NCBI GenBank assembly: GCA_951406725.2
Contig: OX597827.1
Location: 73,656,001-73,720,000 of the forward strand
Direction: 5' to 3'
DNA: 64,000 bases
From: Octopus vulgaris
Taxonomy: Eukaryota
Positions 1 through 13,986 of this stretch are shown piece by piece (positions within the stretch are counted from its first letter, which is position 1; the number at the start of each line of letters is the position of its first letter). The position numbers and the translations under genes were made by a program. Under the pieces are notes generated by a model. The model was not told the origin of the DNA and did no database searches. It was given only the letters and a program-made list of their open reading frames with translations.

Positions 1-978
1 TTCACAGGCAATACAGAACCCTGAGGACACTAAACACCTGCAATGTGAGCTGGACGAAATATACAAGTGGGCTGAAAAGAATAGCATGCAGTTCAATGCT
101 GGAAAGTTTCAAGCTTTATACTATCAGCATGCAAAACTGAATGCAATACCCAATGAATACACTGGACCCGGAGGGATTGCAATCCCAGAGGCACAATCAG
201 TGCGTGACCTGGGTATTCACATGAGTGATGACGCGACCTTTCATGTACATGTTGCTAAACTGACAATGAAATGTAGACGGCTGGCTGGATGGATTCTTAG
301 AACCTTTAGAACAAGAGAACAAGAAACCATGATGGTCCTCTGGAAGACACTTGTCCTAAGCCACTTTGACTATTGCTCTCAGCTATGGTCACCATCCAGT
401 GTCAAGTTGATCACAGAACTTGAGGCGATCCAACGAAGCTACACGAAGAAGATAGCCTCTATGCAGAATGTAAGCTACTGGGAAAGACTCAAGAGATTAA
501 AATTATATTCCCTGGAGCGTAGGCGGGAAAGATATGCCATAATATACATCTGGAAGATCCTGGAGGGAAGTGTCCTGAACTTTGGCATCGAGAGTTACGC
601 AAATGCCAGAACTGGGCGCCACTGCGTGGTGCCTAGGACTCCAAACCTGCCATCAAGATGTAGGACAAGATTCTGTGATAGCCTGGGCTTCCGAGGCCCA
701 CAGCTCTTCAATATCCTCCCGAAGAACCTGAGAAACCTGCATGGGGTGGATACAGATGTCTTTAAAATGAAGCTGGATCTCTTCCTGTCAGGTGTCCCAG
801 ATGAACCAACTTCACGGCAGGAGGGGCAGATGAGGGCAGCTGCATCGAACTCTCTCATGCACCAAATAGCAGTTGCTAGAAAGCCTCCATGAAGTGAAAC
901 CAAGTAGCAACACCAAATGGCGGTGCCCCAGCATGGCCACAGCTCATAAGCTGAAACTAGAATCAATCAATCAATCAA
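1..978 (+). mobile_element. 3' end of a CR1/L2-group LINE (RT C-terminus, 3' UTR and (AATC)n tail), cut by the window start
   Basis: The frame is open from base 2 (LQCELDEIYKWAEKNSMQFN) into ORF 86..892. It carries typical ORF2 C-terminal blocks VRDLGIHM, LVLSHFDYCSQLWSP, LEAIQRSYTK, SYWERLKRLKLYSLERRR, LFNILP and FKMKLDLFL. An AATC-repeat tail lies at 961..978. Confidence 0.9.
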
Positions 979-1530
979 CCCACGAACAACCCCCAACTAT
1001 CCTCCACACACTAAAAACAGAAATCACCCACAACCAACCTTTGCAAACCACGCAAGACCTAACAGGGAACTAGCTGACAGACGACGCGTCTATGAAATAA
1101 ATTACACCAAAAACAGAACACACCAACAACATCCTAATACCAGACCCAACCACCATACAGCACAAAACGACACTAGAATAAGAAATACACCACTCACAAG
1201 TCGCTACTACCCCATGAACCAAAATTACTGGTCCCCACTGAACACAAGACAAACGCAAAAAAACACTATGTCAAGCAACATCCCACATACAAGCAGTTCG
1301 AAACAAAAATATTTCACATACAGAAATTTTACACACACCACAAACAAAAACAACCATAGATTCCCACACACACACAACGATCGGGGGCAACAATACCACC
1401 ATTCCCCCGACCCAATATCACACAACCTCACAGACAACTCATACAAACAAAATTACACCCAACATTTTTTAGCCAGGGACCAGAGACACCAGGACACAGG
1501 CTGGAACCTAGTAATAAGGAAAAACCGAAG

Positions 1531-2210
1531 ATAATCAATCTTTCAACCAAACCTCTTTCTAACATAAAAATTGACATCCTCTCAAAGGGGCTCAAATTTA
1601 CACCAACTCCACGCAGAGCCAACCTAAATGAAATCAAGGATAATATAACAGAATTTTGCAGAAAATTAAGACTAGCAGAAGCATCAACCAGTTTCAATAC
1701 TGAAGATGAATCACTAGTCAAGAACAAAAGTGAACACATCCCACACAGAGGAAGAAATAAAGATCTTGACGAATTCTGTAACCACATTGAGAACTTTCCC
1801 TACCATACTATACATAAACAGATAGTTAACTCAAATTTTAACACTACACAATGGAAAGAACTGATAGAACGTCAAAATGATGAGGATATAACCATTAAGG
1901 AAGTAGACAAGGGAAATGCAGTTGTAATAATGGATACATAATACTACAGAAATCTTGTAATTTCCTTGCTTGATGACGACCTACATTATGAAAAAATTAC
2001 CAACTACACCCCACAAAAAATAATGAAAACTCTATCTTCACTAATTAAAACCCATGAAAAGGAACTAACAACCAAAGAGATTGACTTTCTAACAAACTTT
2101 AAATGCAAACCTAGCCTTTTCTATGGTCTGCCAAAAATTCATAAAAGTCGAATTATAAATGAAACCATTAAAAAATCACCAAAGACATACATACACACAC
2201 CTAACCCGGG
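1531..2210 (+). mobile_element. Penelope-like element, N-terminal RT region (degenerate)
   Basis: Translation from 1531 gives INLSTKPLSNIKIDILSKGLKFTPTP, then IKEVDKGNAVVIMD (PLE DKG motif) and FYGLPKIHK (ORF 1966..). In-frame stops are present. Confidence 0.85.
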
Positions 2211-2234
2211 TGTAGTTTTTTTTTTTACTTTTTA

Positions 2235-2290
<56 letters not shown>

Positions 2291-2296
<6 letters not shown>

Positions 2297-3368
2297 AAAG
2301 GGCTTAGTAAAATAAATTACTTTGCCGCATACTGAACTCATTAGAAATAGCAGCTAAAAAAAACGTTTTTAAAACTATTTCCAATACTTAAAGAAAATCT
2401 CTCTCATATAGTGTTTGCTCAATTCAACTCACGAAAGTATGGGGGTAGAGACATTAAAAAATCAAATGCAAAGGTTATTTGAGAACGTACGTTTCAAGAT
2501 TAGTCAAAATCGACACTTCTATCATCAGCTCAGAACTCCCTGGTTTGGATTTGAAAACACTGAAAGTGGGAGCATACCCTTTCGGCTTGTTATGAGAGAG
2601 ATTTTCTTTAAGTATTGGAAATAGTTTTAAAAAAGTTTTTTTTTAGCTGCTATTTCTAATGAGTTCAGTATGCGGCAAAGTAATTTATTTTACTAAGCCC
2701 TTTTATATAATGTAATAATTTGAATTCGCCTTAAATGGTCCCTTTGCATACTGAATACTTGGTGAAATTGATTAATTAATTAATTTTACCCTCAATTGTT
2801 GAAATTATAATTCATCTCTCTCTACTTAATGCCTCGGATTTTACCGAAAAAAGCATAGTGTTTGCTGATTTTAACCCACGCTGGTGGAAAGGGGAGAGCA
2901 GAAATTCTTCGCTTGCATATTTGAGTTTGTTGGCACTGTTAGTTTCGAGCAGATCTTCAGAAGCGATAACAAGCCGAAAGGGTATGCTCCCACTTTCAGT
3001 GTTTTCAAATCCAAACCAGGGAGTTCTGAGCTGATGATAGAAGTGTCGATTTTGACTAATCTTGAAAGGTACGTTCTCAAATAACCTTTGCATTTGATTT
3101 TTTAATGTCTCTACCCCCATACTTTCGTGAGTTGAATTGAGCAAACACTATATGAGAGAGATTTTCTTTAAGTATTGGAAATAGTTTTAAAAAAGTTTTT
3201 TTTAGCTGCTATTTCTAATGAGTTCAGTATGCGGCAAAGTAATTTATTTTACTAAGCCCTTTTATATAATGTAATAATTTGAATTCGCCTTAAATGGTCC
3301 CTTTGCATACTGAATACTTGGTGAAATTGATTAATTAATTAATTTTACCCTCAATTGTTGAAATTATA
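2291..3368. repeat. Inverted plus tandem duplicated cassette, probably pseudo-LTR derived, flanked by (TA)n
   Basis: 2291..2593 is the reverse complement of about 2966..3268, and 2591..2808 is a direct copy of 3151..3368. The paired near-identical ORFs 2415+ and 3144- reflect this. Confidence 0.9.
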
Positions 3369-3764
3369 TATATATATATATATAAGAAGTGTGTGTGTGC
3401 TTGAAGTGAGTATGGGCTTCCAGAAATGTTAAGTGACCAATCAGTGTGTGGCTTCACTAAATTACCTGAGTTGATTGGTGCTTGATTTACGCTTCACAGT
3501 TTGTTGAACATGTCAAAAGACTTGTATTTTTACCTTGGCCAAAATAGTAATTGTTTCGTTATTTTTAGAAATGTTGTAAATTTTGACGGTGGTGATGGTG
3601 GTAGGAGTAGCTGTTGTAATAGAACTTTAAACCCTAAATAAGATTATTTTTACTGACTTTTCTCTTGACTTAGCTAGTATTTTTTCCTGCTATCGTCATC
3701 ATGAGAACCTTTAGTACTGTTGTTGTTGTTAGTGGTAGTGGTCCTAGCAGTAAAAATATTTAGC

Positions 3765-3950
3765 TTGGGTTGGAATTTATCAATAAAGTTCTTTTCTCTG
3801 GTTTTTCTCTCGATTTCATTTGCACTGTGTAAATTGTGGAATGGAAATATTATTAAGATTTTCCGACCACATGTTGCTTGATGGTTACTCAAGGTATCTG
3901 ACGGACATCGAGTCTCTCATTTGCTGTCGATGCACACGTGAACGTTCTGA
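3765..3950 (-). mobile_element. Inverted partial copy of the Penelope GIY-YIG 3' end
   Basis: ORF 3674..3892(-) SNHQATCGRKILIIFPFHNLHSANEIERKTREKNFIDK matches the end of ORF 4722..5204(+). Confidence 0.85.
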
Positions 3951-4109
3951 CGCCACTGCCAAACAATTCTGACACCTCTACCATCACCACCTTGCCCCGA
4001 CTGCTACGAAAAAGCAACAACAACAACGCCGCAGCAACAATAACAACCGCAGCTGCAGCAGCAACAACAACACTAAAGCTTCGACAGGAGTGAAAAATAA
4101 GCAGCACAG

Positions 4110-5204
4110 CTACAATATAAATGATTTCCTTGACGACTGCTTCATAGTCTGGACAGACTCTCTAAATATTCTGGAAGAGGTCAATATCCTCCTGAACAAC
4201 CTACACCCATCTCTCCAATCTACAAAGGAGATGTGTAGTACCAAATTACCATTCCTAGATATAATGGTAATTAAAAAAGACACCGCCATCACCACAGATA
4301 TATACTATAAACACACAGACACACATCAATACCTGAATTTTAAGTCGTGCCATCCACCACATACAAAACACAACATCCCATGCTGCCTAGCCAGAGGAAT
4401 TTGTACCATTATAGAAGATGCAAATATCAGGAACAAACGCCTAACAGAACTAAGAGAATGTTTACTCAAACAAAAATACCCATCTCTACTTATAGAAAAT
4501 GGCATACAGCGGGCTATAAAAATACCCATACAACAACTTAGGACAACCCAAGGAAGAGGAAAACAAGAACAAGTCATACCATTCATAGAGACACACAACC
4601 CATGTCACCAGAATATCCTCAACATTGCCAAAGCAAACCTACCAATCATTGCTGAAAGTAATGAATTAAAAGACATAATCACGGATCGAGCTATGGTTCT
4701 TAGTAAAAGACAGCCTAAAACTTGAAAAAATTACTAACAAAGGCAAAATTTGACCTTAGCAACAAAGACCAAACATTCACTGTATCTAAATGCAATGATA
4801 GCCGATGTGGCACATGCCAATTCATACATACCGGCCAATATATAAACACAAAAACCGGGAAAATATTCACAAACGCGAATATGAACTGCAAAAGCAGAAA
4901 TTTAATTTACTGCATCAAATGCCCAAATTGTGAAGAAATATATATAGGTCAGACGGGAAATGCACTATCAGAATGCTCACGTGTACACCGACAACAGATT
5001 AGAGACCCAGAGGTCCGTCAGATACCTTTGAGTAACCACCTAGCAACATGTGGTCGGAAAATATATATAATATTTCCATTCTACAAATTACACAGCCCAA
5101 GTGAAATCGAGAGGAAGATCAGAGAAAAGAATTTCATTGATAAACAGCTGTATTTAAGGCACAGATTTAATCATCTCGCTGCAGTCAAAAATTGTGAAGC
5201 ATGA
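4110..5204 (+). mobile_element. Penelope-like element: RT C-terminus plus GIY-YIG endonuclease (frameshifted)
   Basis: ORF 4090..4725 has FLDDCFIVW, LPFLDIMV and TDIYYKHTDTHQYLNFKSCHP. ORF 4722..5204 has CxxxxCxxC and NLIYCIKCPNCEEIYIGQT. Confidence 0.92.
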
Positions 5205-5524
5205 CTGTCACCACTCCTACATGAACCTGAAGATTGCAGAATTTAATGCATGAAAGTACTAGTTCAATCAGAATGAACAGTTAACATTCAGAATGAACAG
5301 TTTTATTTTATTATATTATATTATCTTATATAATGTCATTATAAGATTGTAAATAAAACGTGAAAATCAGACAAGGTTGGAATCCCTTTTATTAATATAT
5401 ATATATATATATATATATGTGTATGTGTGTGTGTGTGTGTGAGTGTGTGTGTGTGTATGTGAGTGTGTGTGTGTGTGTATTTGTTGTGCAAGAGTTTTTT
5501 ATGTGAAGTCGTGTGTTGAAACAT

Positions 5525-5700
5525 ATATTGTTGTATGATGCGGTCACAGGGGTGTGACGACAGAACTCTGGCCGAAATAGGATTAAGGTTAATGCAAAAA
5601 ATAAATAACACTGAAGGAAAGTAACACCAAATATATAGTGTTTGTGTTTTTATTGGCTAAACTGGCAAAATGACCATTCCTAAACACAACAATATATATA
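5525..5700 (+). repeat. Dispersed repeat (pLTR-like); related copies at 13410..13580 (inverted), 19376..19420 and 55045..55095
   Basis: The copies share ttggctaaactggcaaaatgaccattcc. The 5525 and 13410 copies also share ggtcacaggRgtgtgacgaMagaactctggccgaaa. Confidence 0.7.
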
Positions 5701-5702
5701 TT

Positions 5703-5772
<70 letters not shown>

Positions 5773-6054
5773 ACATACATGATGCATAGTTTTCTCATAA
5801 TTTTTACAAGTAATTTTATTGATTTAGTTATGTAAATTTATATGTATATTTATTTCGTTGTGTGCTTTAAATTATGCTTTGGAATTTGTGTTGATTCCTT
5901 AGATACGCTCCTTCTATCATTTCTCTTATCCTTCGCTTTAACTCGCAATGAGCACTTCTTAATACAGCCCATATATAGTGAAGTATGCTTAAAATCATAC
6001 TTTATAAGAAAATTCAATTTTTTTATATGTATACATACACATATGCATTCACAC

Positions 6055-6103
<49 letters not shown>

Positions 6104-6240
6104 CACTCATGCAGACACAAGTATGCATATACATATTCATACATGCACACACATACATAGATATCTGTGTATCCATATACATTTATGTACACATGCATAT
6201 ATGTACACACATACATATAGACTCACACCGCCATACACAC

Positions 6241-6327
<87 letters not shown>

Positions 6328-7275
6328 TACATACCCATACACACACCCAGATATACCACCTTCGATATGTAACGGATATACTCACCTATATACAGAGTCA
6401 TATAAATGAATAAATAAATAACGTCTCATGGACAGACTATTGTAGGGCATGAAACGGGTAAATGTACACTGTGTTCAGTTTAAACAGATATATAATACAT
6501 AAGTTAAGATAAGAGTCACGAAGCGGCGGAAGTAAAATAAACTATATCCGCAGCAGATTTGTAGGGCTTCATATTTGAGATCTATATGATTTGAGGTGCA
6601 CATGTGTCCTAATAAATTTGGAATAGTGGTTTCATATATAGGGGACACCTATCGGAAATGAAAACAACGAATCGGAGAAATATATGTGGATGTAATAAGA
6701 ACTGAAATAAAAATTATTTAAATTATTATCAAAGATCTGGTGAAAAATGAAAAATGAAAAACATGGAGTTATAAATATTGTTATAAGCTCACGTTATATC
6801 TGCATTAAGTATCTAAACCTACGTGAGCGGTTTAAGTTAAGTCGTGAAGGGGCGTGTGTTATATAAAAATATATAAATTACGTTACATAATTAAAAGCAG
6901 AAGTAGAGATTTAAATAAAAACATCTAGAGAGGAAAATACATGTGGGGTGAAATGAATAAGAATTAAAGAATACTATAATACTCATGTAGGATCAGGTGA
7001 AATGTGAAAAAAAACTATAAATTACAAAATCTACAATACATAAAAATATTTAGTTCGTGAGGCTGAAACCTGGAAAAGAATGATAGGAAGGCAGGCATCA
7101 AGTAGACTAAGAGAAATAAGAAAAGTGGTAGAATATAATTTATAGAAAAAATTATTGGAAAAAATTATAAATTCTAGAATTTTGGGAACTGAATTTAGAA
7201 TGGTGGAACGAATTGAACATGGAAGGTCAATGGTGAAACCAAAAAACATGAGTGTGAAGAATAAGCCGATAAGAG

Positions 7276-7364
<89 letters not shown>

Positions 7365-7657
7365 TCTTCTCCCTCTTCTACTTCAATTTCGTCTTCTGAT
7401 CGTTTTCCTCCAGCATTCTTCCTTTCTCTCTTCTATCATTATACGTATCCCCACTCTTGATTCCCCTACCCCCGTCACATAATATCTACCCCCACATACT
7501 CATCCGCATCAACGCTTACTTTTTTTTATCTCCTCCCGATAATTTCCTAACAACAAGATCTGACCAACAAACAGCACACCTTTCGTGAAAGTCTGATGAG
7601 TGATTCTCCAACGTCTAAAGCGCAAATATTATTCTCTTTTTTTATTCTTTTATTTTT

Positions 7658-8068
7658 TCACTCATTTGACTGCGGCCATGCTGTAGCACCTCCCTTAGTC
7701 GAACAAATCGACTCGAGGACTTATTCTTTGTAAGCTTAGTACTTATTCTACCGCTCTCTTTTGCCGAACCGCTATGTTACGGGGACGTAGACACGACGGC
7801 ATTGGTTGTCAAGAGATGTTGGGGTGACAAACATAGACACATACACACAAACACGCATACACACACAAACACACACACACACACATACATATATATATAC
7901 ACGACGGGCTTCTTTCAATTTCCGTCTACTCACAAATCCACTCACAAACTTTTGGTCGGCTCGAGGCTATAGTAGAAGACACTTAACCAAGATGCCATAT
8001 AGTGGGACTGAACCCGGAACTATGTGGTTGGTGAGCAAGCTACTTACCACACAGCCACTCCTGCGCCT
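7658..8068 (-). mobile_element. tRNA-derived SINE with internal (CA)/(TA) tract
   Basis: The minus-strand head aggcgcaggagtggctgtgtggtaag...ccgggttcagtccc is A/B-box-like. A close copy lies at 52555..52940, and degraded copies at 41730..42052 and 25893..27520. Confidence 0.85.
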
Positions 8069-8376
8069 ATTACGTCAATTTTTTCTTTAGAATTTTCGCG
8101 TAAACTTCTTTTGCAAATGGAGACAGTACGGAAACATTAGTCACTTATAATTAAAGATGCGTTACGGAAGTTTTTTTGTTTTCTCCTTTTCATTAGGTTA
8201 TTTACACTTCGCCAAACCCATATGATGGTGTAATCACAGTGAAACTACACCTGAAGTATGCCGGCTTTAGCCTGAATCCTGACAGTGTTGATAGCCCAGC
8301 ATTCAGGCCGTGTGCTTCTCTGGAAATACCACAGCTTCACACCCAACCTTAGCCACTTGACCTATACCTTATATAT

Positions 8377-8693
8377 ATCATCATCATCATCATCATCATC
8401 ATTTAGCGTCCGTTTTCCATGCTAGCATGGGTTGGACGGTTTAACTGGGGTCTGTGAAGCCGGAAGGCTTCATCAGGCCCAGTCAGATTTGACAGTGTTT
8501 CTACGGCTGGATGCCCTTCCTAATGCCAACCACTGCGTGAGTGTAGTGGGTGCTTTTTACGTGCCACCGGCACGGGGGCCAGGCGAGGCTGGCAACGGAC
8601 ACAAACGGATGGTGCTTTTACGTGCTACCGGCACGGGGGCCAGGCGAGGCTGGCAACGGACACGAGCGGATGGTGCTTTTACGTGCCAACGGC

Positions 8694-8695
<2 letters not shown>
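8377..8695 (-). mobile_element. Non-autonomous RTE-type retroelement/SINE end with (GAT)n tail and an internal ~60-bp tandem repeat
   Basis: A (CAT)n run at 8378..8401 adjoins tttagcgtccgttttccatgc, followed by ctacggctggatgcccttcctaatgccaac. The unit ggtgcttttacgtgcYaccggcacgggggccaggcgaggctggcaacggacac repeats about 2.3 times over 8549..8693. Family assignment is from memory. Confidence 0.6.
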
Positions 8696-8758
<63 letters not shown>

Positions 8759-10248
8759 TGTGTGTGTGTGTGTGTGTGTTGTGTGTGTATGTACAAGAGT
8801 TATAGTATAGAGCAGATACGGTGCGGGCTGCACATGGACCATAGCGGCAGGAACCTCAGAAGTGGTAAATATCCTAGCGAGGTGTATACCGCTGGCTTTT
8901 CTACAGACCAAGGATATCTTGATTAAATGAAAGTTTACATTGTCGCAAGGAGGTACAGGTTAACGCATGGAAGATTGAATAAGAATATGTTGAAAGCACA
9001 ATAGGAGAAGAGAATATAAATGTAGAGAGAAATAAGTACTAAAAGAAAAAAGAAATGAAATTATGAGGGAGTGAGAGGAATGAGGAATTTAAGCAAGGTT
9101 ATTTTACCTGTAGTCTTCAAGTAGGGCTGTTTTGGCTGAATCACAATAAATTCTCGGTAGAGAAGTCGTTTGCGAAATGAGATTCATATTTGGAGAACCA
9201 AAGAGCACTTCTCTCCTAACGTTGAAGCGATGTTAATTCCTCCTTTCCACATATTTCTCTCCAAAGTTTAACATTGTTTTCCCAGCCTTGGAAGCTTTTG
9301 AAATTTCTGTTTGCATCTGTACGTCAATCGTTTAAAATTTTTCTTCATTGCAATTTGCTCTTAGCCGTATTATTTGGGTTTCCTTTCAAAATTTGTCGAG
9401 AGCCATCTTTTCTCAAAGTTTTTGTTGTTGATGGAGTTCATTAGCGATATGTTTTATTTGTATGATAGTTTCTTTGGGCGGATGATCGGCTGAGCAATTT
9501 TCATTTATTTTTGCTTTGCCATTATTTTTAATGAACTTGCAAAAGGGAAATTTAATGGCTAAGTGTTTTCGATAGCAGAGGTTTCTTGTTGCAGGTTAAT
9601 GCTATTTTATTGTTCAGTTTTGGGGTTTTGTGTCAGCTTCTAGAGCATCACTGTTTCTATATATATGTTTATATTTATATGTATGTATTCTTGCATGTAT
9701 ATGCTTATCTATATATTAATATAGAAACTCTTCTAAATCTACTTATATTGTCACGAAATTCTTGTTATTCCACGCGGTTAATGACGAAAAGGCAAAGAGA
9801 GGTTCCAACATCTACTTGTGGCTACTTCGTCACTTAACTTGGGGAAAATTATAATTTTCTAAAGAGTTACACACGCAATCGAATTACAGCTATAGGTTTG
9901 GGTAAACACACACACCCATACACACACGCGCGCGCGCACGCAACACATACATATTTGAACATACGCACATTTACATGCACGCACACAGAATTATACGTTG
10001 CTGACATATGACACGGAATCTGTATAGATCCACTTAGAAATAAACTTGTACATCCGTGTATAGATACATTGAAATGGTATAGAGGGCCCTTAATAAGTAG
10101 GTATTTCCGTTCTTCCTCTTAGAGGGAGACAAAAAAAATAGCTATTGCATTGTTTTTCTCTATTCCGGATATGATTATTGAAAATGTTTATAGTTAATCA
10201 GAGACTTATCAGATTTGGTTACTCTTTTGGACATAGAAGTTGTGAGAA

Positions 10249-10321
10249 ATGTCTGCGGTGAATGTAATCGGTTTCTGCTGTGGAATCTTATTGATACTTT
10301 CAACCAAACAGATTTCTACGT
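10249..10321 (+). CDS. Candidate first coding exon (signal peptide) of the EGF / F-type-lectin gene
   Basis: ATG...MSAVNVIGFCCGILLILSTKQIST has a hydrophobic core and ends at a phase-1 donor T|gtatgt. It joins in frame to 28026 (T+AC = Tyr) and lies in non-repetitive sequence. Confidence 0.55.
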
Positions 10322-10592
10322 GTATGTTATTATTTTTCTTTTTTCTTTCTTTCTTTTTAATTACTGTCTCCATATATGTTGATTACATGATTTAGTGGTA
10401 ATTAATGCATATCCTAATTATTTGATAATGTAGTTTTGATGTTTCATGTTTTCTCTACGAAGCCCAGCTCTCTCTCTTTTTTTTCTCTCTCTCTCTTTCT
10501 CTCTCTTCCCTTCTCCCCCTCTTCTTATATATACATGCACAGATGTATACGCATATACATATATACATATTTATATAAATTAAAATATGAAC

Positions 10593-10635
<43 letters not shown>

Positions 10636-10818
10636 TAAACACATACATACATACATGTTGTAACAGACATCTGATTTGAAGCAACTATTTCAGTCTATAC
10701 TTTCAAATCGATAACTGCTTTTGAAGGAAATTAGTAGACACAACATATACTGAAATCCTTCTTGTGTACCTGTGTGTGTATGTATTTGCGCTTATGCGCA
10801 TATATATACACATATATG

Positions 10819-10895
<77 letters not shown>

Positions 10896-10926
10896 ATATA
10901 TATATATGTGAGTGTATACGCCCTTT

Positions 10927-11121
10927 AACATCAGGTGGAAATTACTGGAACCTTGTGAACCCTATTGCAATGGAACAAGACTGTGTAAATTTTGTATGGC
11001 AGAAATATATATTATCCTCATGAACTCAAATGAGTCAGGAGGCTACCTGAACACCAGCGTGGAAGCCATGGGGAGTTGTCCACGTTGTCGGAAATTTTTA
11101 CTTCAAAATTGGAAAACCTAG
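10927..11121 (+). mobile_element. Penelope-like GIY-YIG C-terminal fragment (different family from 4722..5204)
   Basis: IRWKLLEPCEPYCNGTRLCKFCMAEIYII...LNTSVEAMGSCPRCRKFLL resembles the W..l....Y......C.LC..EK..I....LN...E....C.H..K.LL tail of PLE endonucleases. Confidence 0.65.
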
Positions 11122-11394
11122 CTACCAAGCGAAGGAAGACAACTCGCCCGACCATAATTTTTTAAGAGGAATATTTCTTCAACTATCACCGGCGTTCCTG
11201 TGTTTAAAAAGCATTCTTTGCAGTGAACAGTTATCGTTTAGAAAAACTGAAGAAATGTCTAGTCCACGCTAGATATTAAACCAATGGTTTTTTTTTTCCA
11301 AAACTATTACGTTACACATACAAATGTATATGCGTGTGTGCGTGTGTTTATACACTCACGCACACAGACACAGATAGATAGATAAGTAGATAAG

Positions 11395-11466
<72 letters not shown>

Positions 11467-12364
11467 TAGAAGGAGAAAGAGAGAAGGCGAGAGAGATAGG
11501 CATACATACATATATGAATAAATTGTTTCTGTGTGTGTATGTGTGTATTTATCTGTGAACCTGTTTGTAAGACTATCAACGTTTTTACCGGCTCACAAAA
11601 ATGCGTTTTCTCTGAGTTTATGTCCCCTGTCCTAGCGTTGCCATAACATAATATCGCTACAATAAGTACATGATTTTAAAAAATGAAAAAAAAAATACAA
11701 GAAAATACTAGAGTTTGGTATAAATATTTATAAACCCCGTTACAGCGGTCCACTAGTAAATATAGTTACAATTTAGTGAAAATGTAAATACATATGCCTT
11801 TGTATATATAACATAATATAATATATATGGATATGTATGCACACACTCACATATGTATATATACTAGAATGAAAAATGCGAGCAAGAAATAAACAGGGAA
11901 ATAACATGTAACAAAAACATCTTTAAATGATTATTGGGGAGCATATTCACCATCTACTTCAATTACTGCTTCCAATTAAAAAATTGCAGCTGAGATAAAA
12001 TTTGAATGGGTTGCAAATTAAATAAAATATTCAAAGAAGACAAGCTATTCAATACTGATCGACCATCTTTCAGTCAAGTAGTAGGTCAAAAATAAAAGAA
12101 AAAGCTTAAAATGCTACAGCTAAATTTAAAATTCGATTCATGATTCTTTATTTATTATTAAGACAATTTTATAAAGATGATCTTTATTTTCTTTTAATAT
12201 ATTTAACTGCATGAAAGTAAAGTATAATAATTTTGCCGAAAATAAAACCAAGAAAATATTTAATTACTTAAATAGGCTTAAAGTTTACTATAGTCAAACA
12301 TTTAGATTATTTTTCTTACGGCTGCTTCTTAATAGGGACACTACTGCAGCCTTGCAGTTTTTGC

Positions 12365-13222
12365 ACCAACTTTTGACTACTTAAAGTAGCATAACTTTTT
12401 TCTATCAAACATCTTTCAACGAGGTATTCACCCAAAGATTCTACTCATCGAGTTTTTTAAAAAAAGTACAATTGAAGTATAGTTTTGCTTTTCAAATAAT
12501 TGAGTAATTACGAATCTAAGTAAATATCAGGCATTACTCTCCCATTTTTGGGCCTACATTTTTTTATTATAACTTTTCTCTCCTCTGAACCAGAATTCGA
12601 TTATTTTATGTCAAAATGTAGCTTACTACAAGTCCATCATAGTGCAAAAACCGAATTAATATTGAGCTTATCTGAATTAAAGGAAAAGCATTGGATTGGC
12701 CGCGAGTGAGTAAAGGTTGGAAACAACAAATTATCACTTTTTTCCAAATATTTTTTAAAGAGATTTTCACCAAAAAAGATTCTACTCATCGAGTTCATTT
12801 AAAAAGATATCTAAATATAGTTTACTTTTGAAACACCTGACATATTTTGATTTTAGGCATCACTTACCAAGTTTGTGGCTACTTAAAAGCTGCATGACAT
12901 TTTTCTATCAAATATCTTTTAAAGAGGTGTCAGCAAAAGATTATACTCATCGAATTCTTTCCAAAAGATATAACTGAAGTGAAGTTTGCTTTACAAATAA
13001 CCGAGAAGTTACCAGTCAAATAAAATATCAGGCGTCACTCTCCCATTTTTGGCCCTACTATTTTATTACAACAGTTTTTCTACTCAACCAAGCTTCGATT
13101 TTTTAATGTCAAAATGTAGATTGCCTCTGGCTCATCATAATGCAAAAACCGATTTAAGATTGAGCTAAAACTGTATTAGGGGTAAAGCGTCAAAATAGCT
13201 GCGAATGAGTAAAAGTTGACCT
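12365..13222 (+). repeat. Two diverged ~360-bp direct repeats plus a partial third, probably the interior of a non-autonomous DNA transposon
   Basis: 12365..12720 and about 12870..13222 share tttttctatcaaaYatcttt, aaagattMtactcatcga, actctcccatttttKggcctac, tgtcaaaatgtag, tgcaaaaaccga and gagtaaa. Confidence 0.6.
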
Positions 13223-13893
13223 TAAGAATATTCTTCACAAACCGTTTATCTGTTTATTTCCTTATATTCCTCTCTGCTGAAGAGCGTAGGCTCGAAACCT
13301 AAAAGACGGTTTCATTTTTCCCGAGCGTCAAATTAAATAAACTGCTTGTTGTTCATACACCGGTCTCCGTCTTCTGGTTTTCTATAAATTTCAACTATAT
13401 ATATATATATATATTGTAATATTTCGGAATGGTCATATTGCCAGTTTAGCCAATAAAAACACACGCATTATATATTTGGTGTTATTTTGCTTCAGTGTTA
13501 TTTATTTTTTACATTAATCTTAATCTTATTTCGGCCAGAGTTCTTTCGTCACACTCCTGTGACCGCATCAGTGGTTCTTTGTTTTCTTCTTTCTTATTTG
13601 TGTCTCTCCTTACTAACCGTCAGCCATTTTGTATTTCTATTGTATGTCTTCATTTGCGCATGCTTATATCTCTATGTGCGTCTATGTTTATTTAGTGTGT
13701 GTATGTGGGGGGATGCCTGTAATATTTGTATCTTCTGTTTATATACGTTCATGTAATTTGTATTTTGTTTTTGTTGTTTTTGTTTATTCTTATTTTGTTC
13801 ATGTGTTTACATTCACTTATTATTATCATTACATATACTTGTATGTATGTATGTATAACGACAATACTAGTAATAATAATAATAAATCGAATC

Positions 13894-13948
<55 letters not shown>

Positions 13949-13986
13949 TTTATTTCTTTTTGTTTATTTATCTGTGTATTTATTAT

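Noticed and set aside
5339-6401. Many ORFs rich in YI/HT/CV/LSIY repeats here and throughout the window
   Set aside because: They are translations of (TA)n, (CA)n and (TAGA)n microsatellites, not genes.
7592-7630. CTGATGA followed by a short stem; similar isolated cores at 24671(-) and 44711
   Set aside because: There is no correctly placed GAAA, stem III and stem I, so they were not called as hammerheads.
7990-8068. tRNA-like A/B boxes (also 52870..52940, 53410..53470, 63187..63275)
   Set aside because: No complete cloverleaf is visible; they are SINE heads or fragments.
8549-8693. Regularly spaced repeats, superficially CRISPR-like (also 24151..24290)
   Set aside because: The units are whole tandem copies with no unique spacers, there are no cas genes, and the context is eukaryotic.
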